A stretch of 64,000 bases of DNA from Clostridiales bacterium DTU069 (lineage in GTDB: Bacteria > Bacillota > Clostridia > DSM-8532). The position numbers and the translations under genes are program-made. The notes under the pieces are model-generated. The model did no database searches and was not told where the DNA came from. It worked only from the letters and a program-made list of their open reading frames with translations. The stretch covers positions 38,774 through 102,773 of the forward strand of contig LFRV01000074.1 in the NCBI GenBank assembly GCA_001512485.1, read 5' to 3'. How positions within the stretch are numbered: the first letter of the stretch is position 1; the number at the start of each line of letters is the position of its first letter. Positions 38,154 to 45,736 of this stretch are shown here, one piece after another.

Positions 38154-39386
38154 TTACTGCATCATTCCGCTTATTCCACCCGCGCTTAAAAGAGTTCCGA
38201 CAGATAACAGGAACATGAATAAAGCCGCTCCAACAATCCCAACAATTGTTTTAATGCAGTCGGAGATATCCGAAAGGCAGTCGTACAAACGTTCCTCGGC
38301 AAAAGGTTCGACAATTGCTGCAGCGAATTGATAAAGCAGCGCTATCGCGAGAATTTTTAATACCGGAATAATGCATACGGCAAGAGTTATAATCATTGTT
38401 GCGATTCCCGCCGCGTTTTTAATAACCAGCGCACAGCTTAAAATTGTATCCGCGGCGTCGGCCATATATTTACCTGCAACGGGGATAATTGTGCTGATTG
38501 CCGTTTTTGCCGTTTTTGACACAGCCCCGTCGATTGTACCGCCGACAGCGCCCTGGATCATCGCTGCCGAACCGTAAACAGTCAGTACCCCCGCCAGCCC
38601 CCACGCCACAATCTGTTTTATCAGATCAGCCATACCGGTAATTTTTATCCTGTCGGACAAACCGCTGACTATATATAAAATTCCCGACAGCAGGCACAAA
38701 GGCAAAAACACATCACGGAGTATTTTAACGGTACCCTGTATTGCAAAAAGCAGCACAGGCTGCAGTGCGCTGCCCGATACGATATTACCGCTTGAAATTA
38801 ATAACGCAAGAAGCGCCGGTACGGCAAAACCAGTGATTTTATCAATCGTATCAAGCACTTCCCTTGCATACTGTAATACCGTTTGAAATCCGAGAGCAAT
38901 CATTGTGACAATAGCCCCGTAACAGGAAAAGTAAGCCAATTCCCCCACAGCGCTTTCCGCAAACGAGCTTTGAAGGTTTTTAACCATTGCCGTCAGGAAT
39001 ATAATCATAATGAGCTTCAGAATAAGACCGAAGTTTTGCCTGATCTCACCTATTACCGTGTCGATGGCCGCCTTCGGGAGCGATTTGACAGTTTCCCCGA
39101 CATTTCCCTTTACAAGTTCCTCCATAAGTTTTCCGGGTGAATATTGCGGAAACAGTTCTTTTGCCTCATCAGTAATGTTTTCTTCGAGATTCTTTTCAAG
39201 TTTTTTTACTTCACTGCCTTCCAATTGCCGCTTAATAATACTGTCCATCATCATTTCGTTGTCTTCGGCAGCACAGACAACCGGAAACGCGAACACGGCG
39301 AAGACAATAAGAACAATGATAAGCTTTTTGCGTAAAACCGCCGAAAGAATATTAAAACTATATGCAAAATGAGCACCTGAACACAT
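38154..39386 (-). CDS. spoIIIAE: Stage III sporulation protein AE
   Basis: Polytopic membrane protein with a signal-like N terminus. The start is set at the ATG preceded by GGGGGA; the ORF is open to 39470, inside spoIIIAD. Confidence 0.85.
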   Translation of the reverse strand: MCSGAHFAYSFNILSAVLRKKLIIVLIVFAVFAFPVVCAAEDNEMMMDSIIKRQLEGSEVKKLEKNLEENITDEAKELFPQYSPGKLMEELVKGNVGETVKSLPKAAIDTVIGEIRQNFGLILKLIMIIFLTAMVKNLQSSFAESAVGELAYFSCYGAIVTMIALGFQTVLQYAREVLDTIDKITGFAVPALLALLISSGNIVSGSALQPVLLFAIQGTVKILRDVFLPLCLLSGILYIVSGLSDRIKITGMADLIKQIVAWGLAGVLTVYGSAAMIQGAVGGTIDGAVSKTAKTAISTIIPVAGKYMADAADTILSCALVIKNAAGIATMIITLAVCIIPVLKILAIALLYQFAAAIVEPFAEERLYDCLSDISDCIKTIVGIVGAALFMFLLSVGTLLSAGGISGMMQ

Positions 39387-39453
39387 TATCGTTGTCCCCC
39401 GGAAATCAACTAAATTTACAGCTGCCGCGGTACCCCGGAAATATCCGGGCTTG

Positions 39454-39837
39454 CTACAGCATGTTAACAATTACGCTCATTACCGACGTTATTATGGGTA
39501 TTGCCGTTATCATTATCATTACCTTCCCCGCAAGCTCAACCTTTGCCGCAATTGACTCCTGGGAAGCGTCCCGGCAGCTCTCGGCGGCAAACTCGGTAAT
39601 ATATGCCATTCCGATTATTTTAAACAGCGAAGTAATATATGTACCACTAATACCCGCCCGATCAAAATAAAGTGATATCAAATCAAGAATCGTCTTTATT
39701 CTGCCCGCGAGCGTAACCATTACGACAGCACCGAAAACCAGAGAAATCTGAAGTCCGATTTCCGGTTTTTGAGCTTTTATTAGAACGATAAGGACAGCAG
39801 AGATAATTCCCATTACGCCAATACGAACCAAATCCAT
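39454..39837 (-). CDS. spoIIIAD: Stage III sporulation protein AD
   Basis: 127 aa counted from MDLVRIGVMGIISAVL (RBS GGATGGAG), with four TM helices. The ORF is open to 39891. Confidence 0.85.
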   Translation of the reverse strand: MDLVRIGVMGIISAVLIVLIKAQKPEIGLQISLVFGAVVMVTLAGRIKTILDLISLYFDRAGISGTYITSLFKIIGMAYITEFAAESCRDASQESIAAKVELAGKVMIMITAIPIITSVMSVIVNML

Positions 39838-39891
39838 ATTTTTGCTCCATCCTGACAAGTTAAGCTTCCTGGCCTTATTTACAAGCCTCAT

Positions 39892-40086
39892 TCAGAAGTT
39901 AAAAAGTTTTTTCACGGTATCAAAAAGATTCGCAATTTCCCTGACAATCATCAAAAGAACCACTACCAGCCCGGCCAGCGTAGTCATCATTGCCTGCTCA
40001 TCCCTTCCCGACTTTGAAAGAAGGGAGTCAAGCACGGCAACTAAAATCCCAATCGCCGCTATCCTGAAAATTAAGTCAATGTTCAT
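39892..40086 (-). CDS. spoIIIAC: Stage III sporulation protein AC
   Basis: 64-aa two-TM ORF, MNIDLIFRIAAIGILVAVLDSLLSKSGRDEQAMMTTLAGLVVVL. Confidence 0.88.
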   Translation of the reverse strand: MNIDLIFRIAAIGILVAVLDSLLSKSGRDEQAMMTTLAGLVVVLLMIVREIANLFDTVKKLFNF

Positions 40087-40096
40087 ACCAATCCCC

Positions 40097-40636
40097 TCAA
40101 ATCAATACAAGAACCACGGCAAGTCCTCCGAGAACACCGAGGTTTTTGTAAAGCTTGTCCTTTTTTGTCCTGTCTTCTTCCGCAGCTTTTTCTCTTACGG
40201 CAAACTTTTCCCTCATTAATGAAAGAAACGAGCTTTGATTCTCCCTGTCGGTTTTTCCCAAAACTTCGCCGATGCAATAAAGCAAATCCCATTCCTCCCT
40301 GTGTATAGGCCACTGAGAACGGAACTCTTCCAGGCATTTATGCCAGGCCGCTTCAATACTTATTTCCATTTTCGTGTGGAGCTCGCATACCCTTCGTGCG
40401 AACCCGGAAATTCTGTCTTTTTTTCCACGTGACAGGGACATAAACGCTTGTCCGAGAGGGCGGTTCATATAATGGATTTCATTTTCGAGTTCCATCAGAA
40501 ATCCCTGAATCTCCCGTATGCATTCCACCCGTTCGGTAAGCCGCCGGGAGAACGCATAGCCCACCATTGTTGAACTTGCTACTATAAGAATGCTTCCTGC
40601 CGCTTTGATACTCAACATCAAGTACATTTCCATCAC
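40097..40636 (-). CDS. spoIIIAB: Stage III sporulation protein AB
   Basis: 179-aa ORF starting with GTG. It has N- and C-terminal TM helices and a GspF-like cytoplasmic domain, and lies between spoIIIAA and spoIIIAC. Confidence 0.82.
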   Translation of the reverse strand: MMEMYLMLSIKAAGSILIVASSTMVGYAFSRRLTERVECIREIQGFLMELENEIHYMNRPLGQAFMSLSRGKKDRISGFARRVCELHTKMEISIEAAWHKCLEEFRSQWPIHREEWDLLYCIGEVLGKTDRENQSSFLSLMREKFAVREKAAEEDRTKKDKLYKNLGVLGGLAVVLVLI

Positions 40637-41585
40637 CGTCCAATACTTTTACGCAATACTGCAGTTTTGTATTGACTGATATGATTACGAACCTCTCAAA
40701 CGCCTTATCTTCGAACAACTCGTAAAAGCCCTTCCGCATCTTAACCGCCCTGAGGTCATAACCGTGCGCTGTGCCGATAATGCGTATACCGGCGTTCATC
40801 ACCTGCATTACCGCCGAAACATCTTCAGGATTGCCCATTTCATCCAGCGCAATAACACATGGGCTCATGCTTCGAAGCAGGATTTCCATGCCGTTCTTTT
40901 TTTGAATGCCGTTTATGACGTCGGTACGGCTTCCAAGGTCATTTTGCGGATAACCTTTGCAGCAAGCTGCAATTTCACCGCGTTCATCAACGACACCTAT
41001 TTTTACTCCTGAAAAAGAACCAAAACCCTCGCTCAGGCAGCGCACTATATCCCTAAGAAGAGTCGTTTTCCCCAGCCCCGGAGGTGATATTATCAGGGTA
41101 TTATATATATCCCTGTTTCCGTTTATCAGATAATTTACCGTTCTTTCTCCACAGCCGACAACTTCACGCGCAAAACGGATATTTATCGAAGAAATGTCAC
41201 GCATGTTAAAAACCGATCCGTTTTTAATTACCGGCGTACCCACAATGCCGATACGGTGACCGCCTTTAATTGTGACAAAACCTTTGCTGATATCTTCCTG
41301 GTACGCATACCAGGAGTTTTCACAGAACTTATACACGGTGTCCGCCAGTTCCTCCGCCGAAACCAATATATTGGAAGGTCTGCCAAGAATCCGACCGTTT
41401 TCATGCAGGAAGCCATCCGTGCCGCGATAATGCAGCATTGCCGGTTTTCCTGATCGCAGCCTTATTTCTTCAAGATCGATAAGAATGTTTATGTCTGTTT
41501 GCATAAGGCTTTGTTTTACCCTGTATGGAAGGAACTGAAGCACTTCGCTTACAAATCGGTTTTTCAGCAGTATTTTATCTTGCAT
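40479..41585 (-). CDS. spoIIIAA: Stage III sporulation protein AA (AAA+ ATPase); the reading frame runs 158 nt into spoIIIAB
   Basis: Walker A ISPPGLGKTTLLRD and Walker B VIALDEMG are present. At 368 aa the ORF is about 50 aa longer than needed to reach the spoIIIAB start. Confidence 0.88.
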   Translation of the reverse strand: MQDKILLKNRFVSEVLQFLPYRVKQSLMQTDINILIDLEEIRLRSGKPAMLHYRGTDGFLHENGRILGRPSNILVSAEELADTVYKFCENSWYAYQEDISKGFVTIKGGHRIGIVGTPVIKNGSVFNMRDISSINIRFAREVVGCGERTVNYLINGNRDIYNTLIISPPGLGKTTLLRDIVRCLSEGFGSFSGVKIGVVDERGEIAACCKGYPQNDLGSRTDVINGIQKKNGMEILLRSMSPCVIALDEMGNPEDVSAVMQVMNAGIRIIGTAHGYDLRAVKMRKGFYELFEDKAFERFVIISVNTKLQYCVKVLDGDGNVLDVEYQSGRKHSYSSKFNNGGLCVLPAAYRTGGMHTGDSGISDGTRK

Positions 41586-41650
41586 TGGGTACCTCCTGTG
41601 TTTTTTCAGCAGTGGAATGTGTTAAGTTAAGGTTGTCCGGGTTCGTTTAA

Positions 41651-41680
41651 TTTCTATGCATTTATGCCGGGAAATATGAC
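41651..41680 (-). promoter_or_regulatory. Candidate sigma-E promoter of the spoIIIA operon
   Basis: The minus strand reads GTCATATT-14 nt-CATAGAAA about 65 nt upstream of the spoIIIAA ATG. This is close to the sigma-E consensus (GKCATATT / CATACA-T). spoIIIA is sigma-E dependent in B. subtilis. Confidence 0.55.
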
Positions 41681-41703
41681 AGGTGCTAAAATTTTGGACC
41701 GCA

Positions 41704-41765
41704 AATAAAAAGGCTTGCGGGATAAGCGTAAAAACAAAGCATTTTAAGCTTATCCTGCAAGCCTT
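41704..41765 (-). terminator. Second of two tandem rho-independent terminators after efp
   Basis: 17-bp stem AGGCTTGCAGGATAAGC / GCTTATCCCGCAAGCCT with one mismatch, followed by TTTTTAT on the minus strand. Confidence 0.7.
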
Positions 41766-41767
41766 TA

Positions 41768-41799
41768 TAAAAAGCCCGGCACTTAATTTATGCCGGGCC
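41768..41799 (-). terminator. First rho-independent terminator after efp
   Basis: GCCCGGCA taaattaagt TGCCGGGC followed by TTTTTAT on the minus strand. Confidence 0.75.
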
Positions 41800-41822
41800 C
41801 TGAATATTTACAATATTTTACA

Positions 41823-42380
41823 CTAAACTCTTTCCATATACTCTCCGGTTCTCGTGTCAATCCTGACTATATCACCCTGGTTAACAAACAGCGGAACTTT
41901 TATTTGAGCTCCTGTCTCAACAACAGCCGGCTTTGTTGCACCAGTCGCGGTATCACCCTTGAAACCGGGTTCGGTTTCCGTTACTTCCAGTTCAACAAAT
42001 GTCGGCGGCTCAATTCCAATAACCTGATCTTTGAAAAACAGTATCTTGCAGATCATATTTTCTTTTACGAACTTCAGCGCGTCTCCAATCGTGCCCGCGT
42101 TCAGCGGTATCTGCTCGTATGTCTGCTCATCCATGAAATAATATAAATCGCCGTCATTATATAGGTACTGCATATCCCGCTTTGCCACCTGGGCTCGGGG
42201 AAATTTGTCCGTAGGGCTGAACGATTTTTCAATTGTGGCTCCGGTTATTACATTTTTTATTTTTGTCCTTACAAATGCGGCGCCTTTTCCAGGTTTGACG
42301 TGCTGAAACTCAATAACCTGGTAAACCTGCCCATCCATCTCAAAGGTCGCGCCATTTTTAAAATCACCGGCACTGATCAT
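41823..42380 (-). CDS. efp: Translation elongation factor P
   Basis: 185-aa [46 protein letters not shown]. Confidence 0.96.
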   Translation of the reverse strand: MISAGDFKNGATFEMDGQVYQVIEFQHVKPGKGAAFVRTKIKNVITGATIEKSFSPTDKFPRAQVAKRDMQYLYNDGDLYYFMDEQTYEQIPLNAGTIGDALKFVKENMICKILFFKDQVIGIEPPTFVELEVTETEPGFKGDTATGATKPAVVETGAQIKVPLFVNQGDIVRIDTRTGEYMERV

Positions 42381-42440
42381 ATTATAACCTTCCTCTCAAC
42401 TTTTGGATTCGAATACTCTAATATATTAAATGAAAATACA

Positions 42441-42467
42441 TTTATTTTCAAGGATAATATTGGTCTG
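42441..42467. repeat. Direct repeat copy 1 (TTTATTTTCAAGGATAATATTGGTCTG)
   Basis: 23/27 identical to 42708-42734. It lies 6 nt downstream of the small-ORF stop on the minus strand. Confidence 0.8.
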
Positions 42468-42473
42468 TTTCGA

Positions 42474-42626
42474 TTACTTTGAATTCTTATAAAGATATAC
42501 ATTTATTGCTTTAATTCCTTTTAATGATAAAACGATTGCCAATACATAAAAAACAACTTCCAGTACAGCTTTAATGAAACCATAAACAATATTCAAAGAA
42601 GCTAAAGTTCCCACAATACTACTCAT
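42474..42626 (-). CDS. Possible 50-aa hydrophobic peptide with a basic C terminus (hypothetical)
   Basis: MSSIVGTLASLNIVYGFIKAVLEVVFYVLAIVLSLKGIKAINVYLYKNSK. The RBS is weak (AAAGG, ~11 nt upstream). The longer ORF-track version starts inside a repeat element. Whether it is coding is unproven. Confidence 0.3.
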   Translation of the reverse strand: MSSIVGTLASLNIVYGFIKAVLEVVFYVLAIVLSLKGIKAINVYLYKNSK

Positions 42627-42668
42627 AATACCATTACCTTTCTTTCTAAAGCTTAATTTAGCTTTGTA

Positions 42669-42698
42669 GGGGGGACAATGGGACAGGTACATTGTCCC
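42669..42698 (-). repeat. REP-like palindromic element, single copy (GGGACA-N7-TGTCCC plus an extra TTGTCCC half-site)
   Basis: The minus strand reads GGGACAATGTACCTGTCCCATTGTCCC. This is 26/27 identical to the plus-strand unit at 45669-45695. Confidence 0.85.
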
Positions 42699-42707
42699 GA
42701 TACAAGT

Positions 42708-42734
42708 TTTATTTTCAAAGACAATATTGGCCTC
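42708..42734. repeat. Direct repeat copy 2 (TTTATTTTCAAAGACAATATTGGCCTC)
   Basis: 23/27 identical to 42441-42467. It abuts the aroQ stop codon, overlapping it by 2 nt. Confidence 0.8.
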
Positions 42735-43167
42735 ACCCGCCGGTTCCGGCTAAAATATACAACGCCACCAAATAGCTTTTAACGCCGAAACCGCTTATCT
42801 GGCCGATACACACCGGCGCAATAACCGACTTCGTCCTGAACTCCTCCCTGGCATGAATGTTGGACATATGCACCTCAATTGCCTTTATACCCGTTCCCTT
42901 GATTGCATCCCTGATAGCATAACTGTAATGAGTGAAAGCTCCGGGGTTAATTATTACCGCGTCTGTTCCTTCTTTCATTGCATTATGAATTGCGTCTACG
43001 ATTTCCCCTTCATGGTTCGACTGAAAAAATCCGACATTCATTCCAAGCCTGCTTGCTTCTTCATTGATTGCTTTCTCTAGATCTTCAAGGGTTTCTTTTC
43101 CGTATACTTCAGGTTCTCTCTTCCCCAGCAGGTTCATATTAGCCCCGTTCAGCACCAGAACTTTCAT
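42733..43167 (-). CDS. aroQ: Type II 3-dehydroquinate dehydratase
   Basis: 144-aa ORF, MKVLVLNGANMNLLGKREPEVYG...INPGAFTHYSYAIRDA. Confidence 0.93.
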   Translation of the reverse strand: MKVLVLNGANMNLLGKREPEVYGKETLEDLEKAINEEASRLGMNVGFFQSNHEGEIVDAIHNAMKEGTDAVIINPGAFTHYSYAIRDAIKGTGIKAIEVHMSNIHAREEFRTKSVIAPVCIGQISGFGVKSYLVALYILAGTGG

Positions 43168-43205
43168 GCCAATACCTCCTCTGATAAAAAGTTTCGCCGG
43201 TTATA

Positions 43206-44615
43206 TCAATCGCTGGCTTTTTCTGCATTCTGTTTCAGATACATGTCAATTGCGGTTGCAGCTTTTTTGCCCGCTCCCATTGCCAGGATAACGGTAGCGG
43301 CGCCGGTTACGACATCTCCGCCCGCAAATACCCACGGTATGCTTGTCGCGCCTGTTTCTTCATCGGCAATAATCCCGCCCCATTTATGGGTTTCAAGCCC
43401 CGGCGTCGTCGACTTAATCAGCGGGTTAGGGCTTTGTCCGATCGCGATTATCACGGTACCGACATCAATCACATGCTCCGACCCCTTTTTCGCAATGGGC
43501 CTTCTTCTGCCCGATTCATCAGGCTCGCCAAGTTCCATCTCGACGCATTCCATTCCTTTCACCCAGCCGTCATCGGTTCCAAGAATCCGTACCGGGTTTG
43601 TAAGAAGCTTGAAAATGATCCCCTCTTCTTTGGCATGGTGAACTTCCTCAACCCTCGCGGGCATTTCCTTTTCCGATCTCCTGTAAACAATATAGACCTT
43701 TTCGGCTCCGAGCCGTTTCGCGCTCCTCGCGGCATCCATCGCAACATTTCCGCCACCGACTACCGCAACAGCATTCGCAACTTTAACAGGCGTATCCACT
43801 TCGGGGTACATATAGGCTTTCATAAGATTTATTCGCGTAAGAAACTCGTTCGCCGAATAAACACCGTTCAGGTTTTCTCCCGGAATACCCATAAAACTGG
43901 GAAGCCCGGCTCCGCTGCCAATGAATACCGCTTCATAGCCCTCGTCGCGCAGTTCCTCGACAGTGATTGACTTTCCTATAACCATGTTTGTCATTATTTT
44001 CACGCCGAGATTTCTCACATTATCAATTTCGGCCTGCACCAGTTTCTTCGGAAGCCTGAATTCCGGGATTCCATATGTTAAAACACCGCCCGGAACATGG
44101 AAGGCTTCAAATATGGTCACATCGTAACCCATCTTTGCAAGATCAGCGGCACATGTAAGCCCAGCCGGCCCTGAACCGACAACGGCCACTTTTCTGCCAT
44201 TTTTCTTTATTTCGGAAGCCTTCGGTTTTCTGTTAGACATATACCAGTCCGCAGCAAACCTTTCAAGGCGGCCTATCGCGACAGGCTCTCCTTTTTTGCC
44301 CCTTACGCAGTACATCTCGCATTGCGTTTCCTGCGGGCATACCCTGCCGCAGATCGCCGGTAGGTTATTTGTTTCGGTAATTTTAAGATAAGCTTCTTCA
44401 AATTTTCCTTCGGCAATAAGGCTGATAAATTCGGGAATCTGTATATTAACCGGGCAGCCCTGCATACACGGCTTCGTTTTGCATGCGAGGCACCTTTTCG
44501 CTTCTTCTATCGCCATTTCTTCAGTATAACCCATTGCTACTTCTTTAAAATTTTTAATCCTTTCATTCGGATCCTGTTCAGGCATTTTAACTTTTGTCAG
44601 TGACATGTTAGCCAT
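43206..44615 (-). CDS. nfnB: GltD-like NADPH-dependent oxidoreductase, large subunit of an NfnAB/SudAB-type ferredoxin:NADP oxidoreductase
   Basis: 469-aa ORF with an N-terminal 2x[4Fe-4S] Cys cluster region (CLACKTKPCMQGCP, CGRVCPQETQCE) and two Rossmann motifs (VAVVGSGPAGL, VVGGGNVAMD). Confidence 0.65.
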   Translation of the reverse strand: MANMSLTKVKMPEQDPNERIKNFKEVAMGYTEEMAIEEAKRCLACKTKPCMQGCPVNIQIPEFISLIAEGKFEEAYLKITETNNLPAICGRVCPQETQCEMYCVRGKKGEPVAIGRLERFAADWYMSNRKPKASEIKKNGRKVAVVGSGPAGLTCAADLAKMGYDVTIFEAFHVPGGVLTYGIPEFRLPKKLVQAEIDNVRNLGVKIMTNMVIGKSITVEELRDEGYEAVFIGSGAGLPSFMGIPGENLNGVYSANEFLTRINLMKAYMYPEVDTPVKVANAVAVVGGGNVAMDAARSAKRLGAEKVYIVYRRSEKEMPARVEEVHHAKEEGIIFKLLTNPVRILGTDDGWVKGMECVEMELGEPDESGRRRPIAKKGSEHVIDVGTVIIAIGQSPNPLIKSTTPGLETHKWGGIIADEETGATSIPWVFAGGDVVTGAATVILAMGAGKKAATAIDMYLKQNAEKASD

Positions 44616-45453
44616 TATTCAACCCCTCCAGTTTACATTCGTGTTCTTCGAGGCTTTGTTTTTCTTCTGCTTTATACATTGCCTGTCTTCTTATGGCCTC
44701 ATCGAAATCTACCTCGTGCCCATCGAAATCCGGGCCGTCAACACAGGCAAACATTGTCTTGCCGCCAACGGTTACACGGCAGCCGCCGCACATGCCCGTG
44801 CCGTCAATCATAATCGGATTCATGCTTACGATCGTTTTTATTCCATGTTCTTTTGTCAGGTTCGACACAACTTTCATCATAACAAGCGGACCGATGGCCA
44901 CCACAAGATCGTACCTGTTTCCTTCTTCAATCAGCTTTTTCAGAACATCGGACACAAAGCCGCGAATTCTATACGATCCGTCGTCCGTAGCAACAAACAG
45001 CCTGTCGCTTACTTTGCGCATTTCTTCTTCAAGTATTACAAGATCTTTATTCCTGAAACCAATAATGGTATCTACCGAAACGCCGAGAGAGTGAAGCTTC
45101 TTCGCCTGTGGGTACGCGATAGCGGTCCCGAGGCCGCCCCCGATAACAGCGGCTTTTTTTACTTCACCAAAATGCGACGCCTTGCCGAGGGGGCCGACAA
45201 AATCGAGGATATACTCCCCTTCTTCAAGGGTTCCGAGAAGCTTCGTCGTCTTTCCTACCTCCTGAAAAATAATCGTAACGGTGCCTTCCTCACGATCGTA
45301 ATCCGCAATCGTCAGCGGTATCCGTTCCCCGTTTTCATTTACCCTCAGTATGACAAACTGTCCGGGTTCGGCTTTTCTTGCAACAAACGGAGCGTCAACG
45401 ACCATGAGCTTTACATCAGGATTAAGTACCTTCTTTTTTACTATTCGATACAT
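44608..45453 (-). CDS. nfnA: PyrK-like FAD/NAD(P)-binding and [2Fe-2S] subunit (NfnA/SudB type)
   Basis: 281-aa ORF containing RIPLTIADY, GGGLGTA and a C-terminal CGGCRV...FACVDGP cluster. It overlaps the partner gene by 8 nt. Confidence 0.65.
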   Translation of the reverse strand: MYRIVKKKVLNPDVKLMVVDAPFVARKAEPGQFVILRVNENGERIPLTIADYDREEGTVTIIFQEVGKTTKLLGTLEEGEYILDFVGPLGKASHFGEVKKAAVIGGGLGTAIAYPQAKKLHSLGVSVDTIIGFRNKDLVILEEEMRKVSDRLFVATDDGSYRIRGFVSDVLKKLIEEGNRYDLVVAIGPLVMMKVVSNLTKEHGIKTIVSMNPIMIDGTGMCGGCRVTVGGKTMFACVDGPDFDGHEVDFDEAIRRQAMYKAEEKQSLEEHECKLEGLNNG

Positions 45454-45586
45454 TAATACTCCTGCCTCCTATCAGATGAAAATTTACCGCATAAGACATT
45501 CAAACCTGCCGCAGTTCCCCTTTTTGAACTTGTTTGAAGTGAACGGAAGCATTTGAATGTTGATATACATAAATAACCTGATTTGA

Positions 45587-45616
45587 ATTATACTCCAAAA
45601 CCATACCTCATTGCAA
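45587..45616 (-). promoter_or_regulatory. Candidate sigma-A promoter of nfnAB (TTGCAA-18-TATAAT)
   Basis: A perfect -10 TATAAT with a 4/6 -35 embedded in the centre of the 16-bp palindrome CCTCATTGCAATGAGG. It lies about 130 nt upstream of the nfnA ATG. Confidence 0.4.
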
Positions 45617-45621
45617 TGAGG
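45606..45621. repeat. Perfect 16-bp palindrome CCTCATTGCAATGAGG
   Basis: Read directly from the sequence. It overlaps the putative -35 and abuts the GGGACA/TGTCCC array. Confidence 0.9.
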
Positions 45622-45623
45622 AC

Positions 45624-45736
45624 GGGGGGACAGGTTCCTTGTCCCCTTGTCTCTGTCCCCCGGGAACTGGGACAATGTACCTGTCCCCTTGTCCCTGCTC
45701 GTTTCACTGGGACAAGGGACCTGTCCCCCTGTCCCT
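45624..45736 (+). repeat. Array of three REP-like palindromic units (GGGACA-N7-TGTCCC, each followed by a (T)TGTC(C/T)C half-site)
   Basis: Units lie at 45627-45645, 45669-45687 and 45709-45727, with centres 42 and 40 bp apart. The array overlaps the last ~10 codons of the GPH transporter ORF. Confidence 0.85.

Noticed and set aside
44605-45456. A 283-aa plus-strand ORF that mirrors the whole nfnA gene (44608-45453) in the same codon register
   Set aside because: The minus-strand product has clear PyrK/NfnA motifs and is translationally coupled to its partner. The plus-strand product is F/I/R/N-rich, has no recognisable domain and no RBS. A same-register antisense ORF only requires that the sense gene avoids TTA, CTA and TCA codons, so this is a codon-bias shadow ORF.
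45624-45736. Possible CRISPR array
   Set aside because: There are only three ~19-28-nt imperfect units, separated by about 12-20 nt that are themselves repeat-related. There are no unique spacers and no cas genes in the window.
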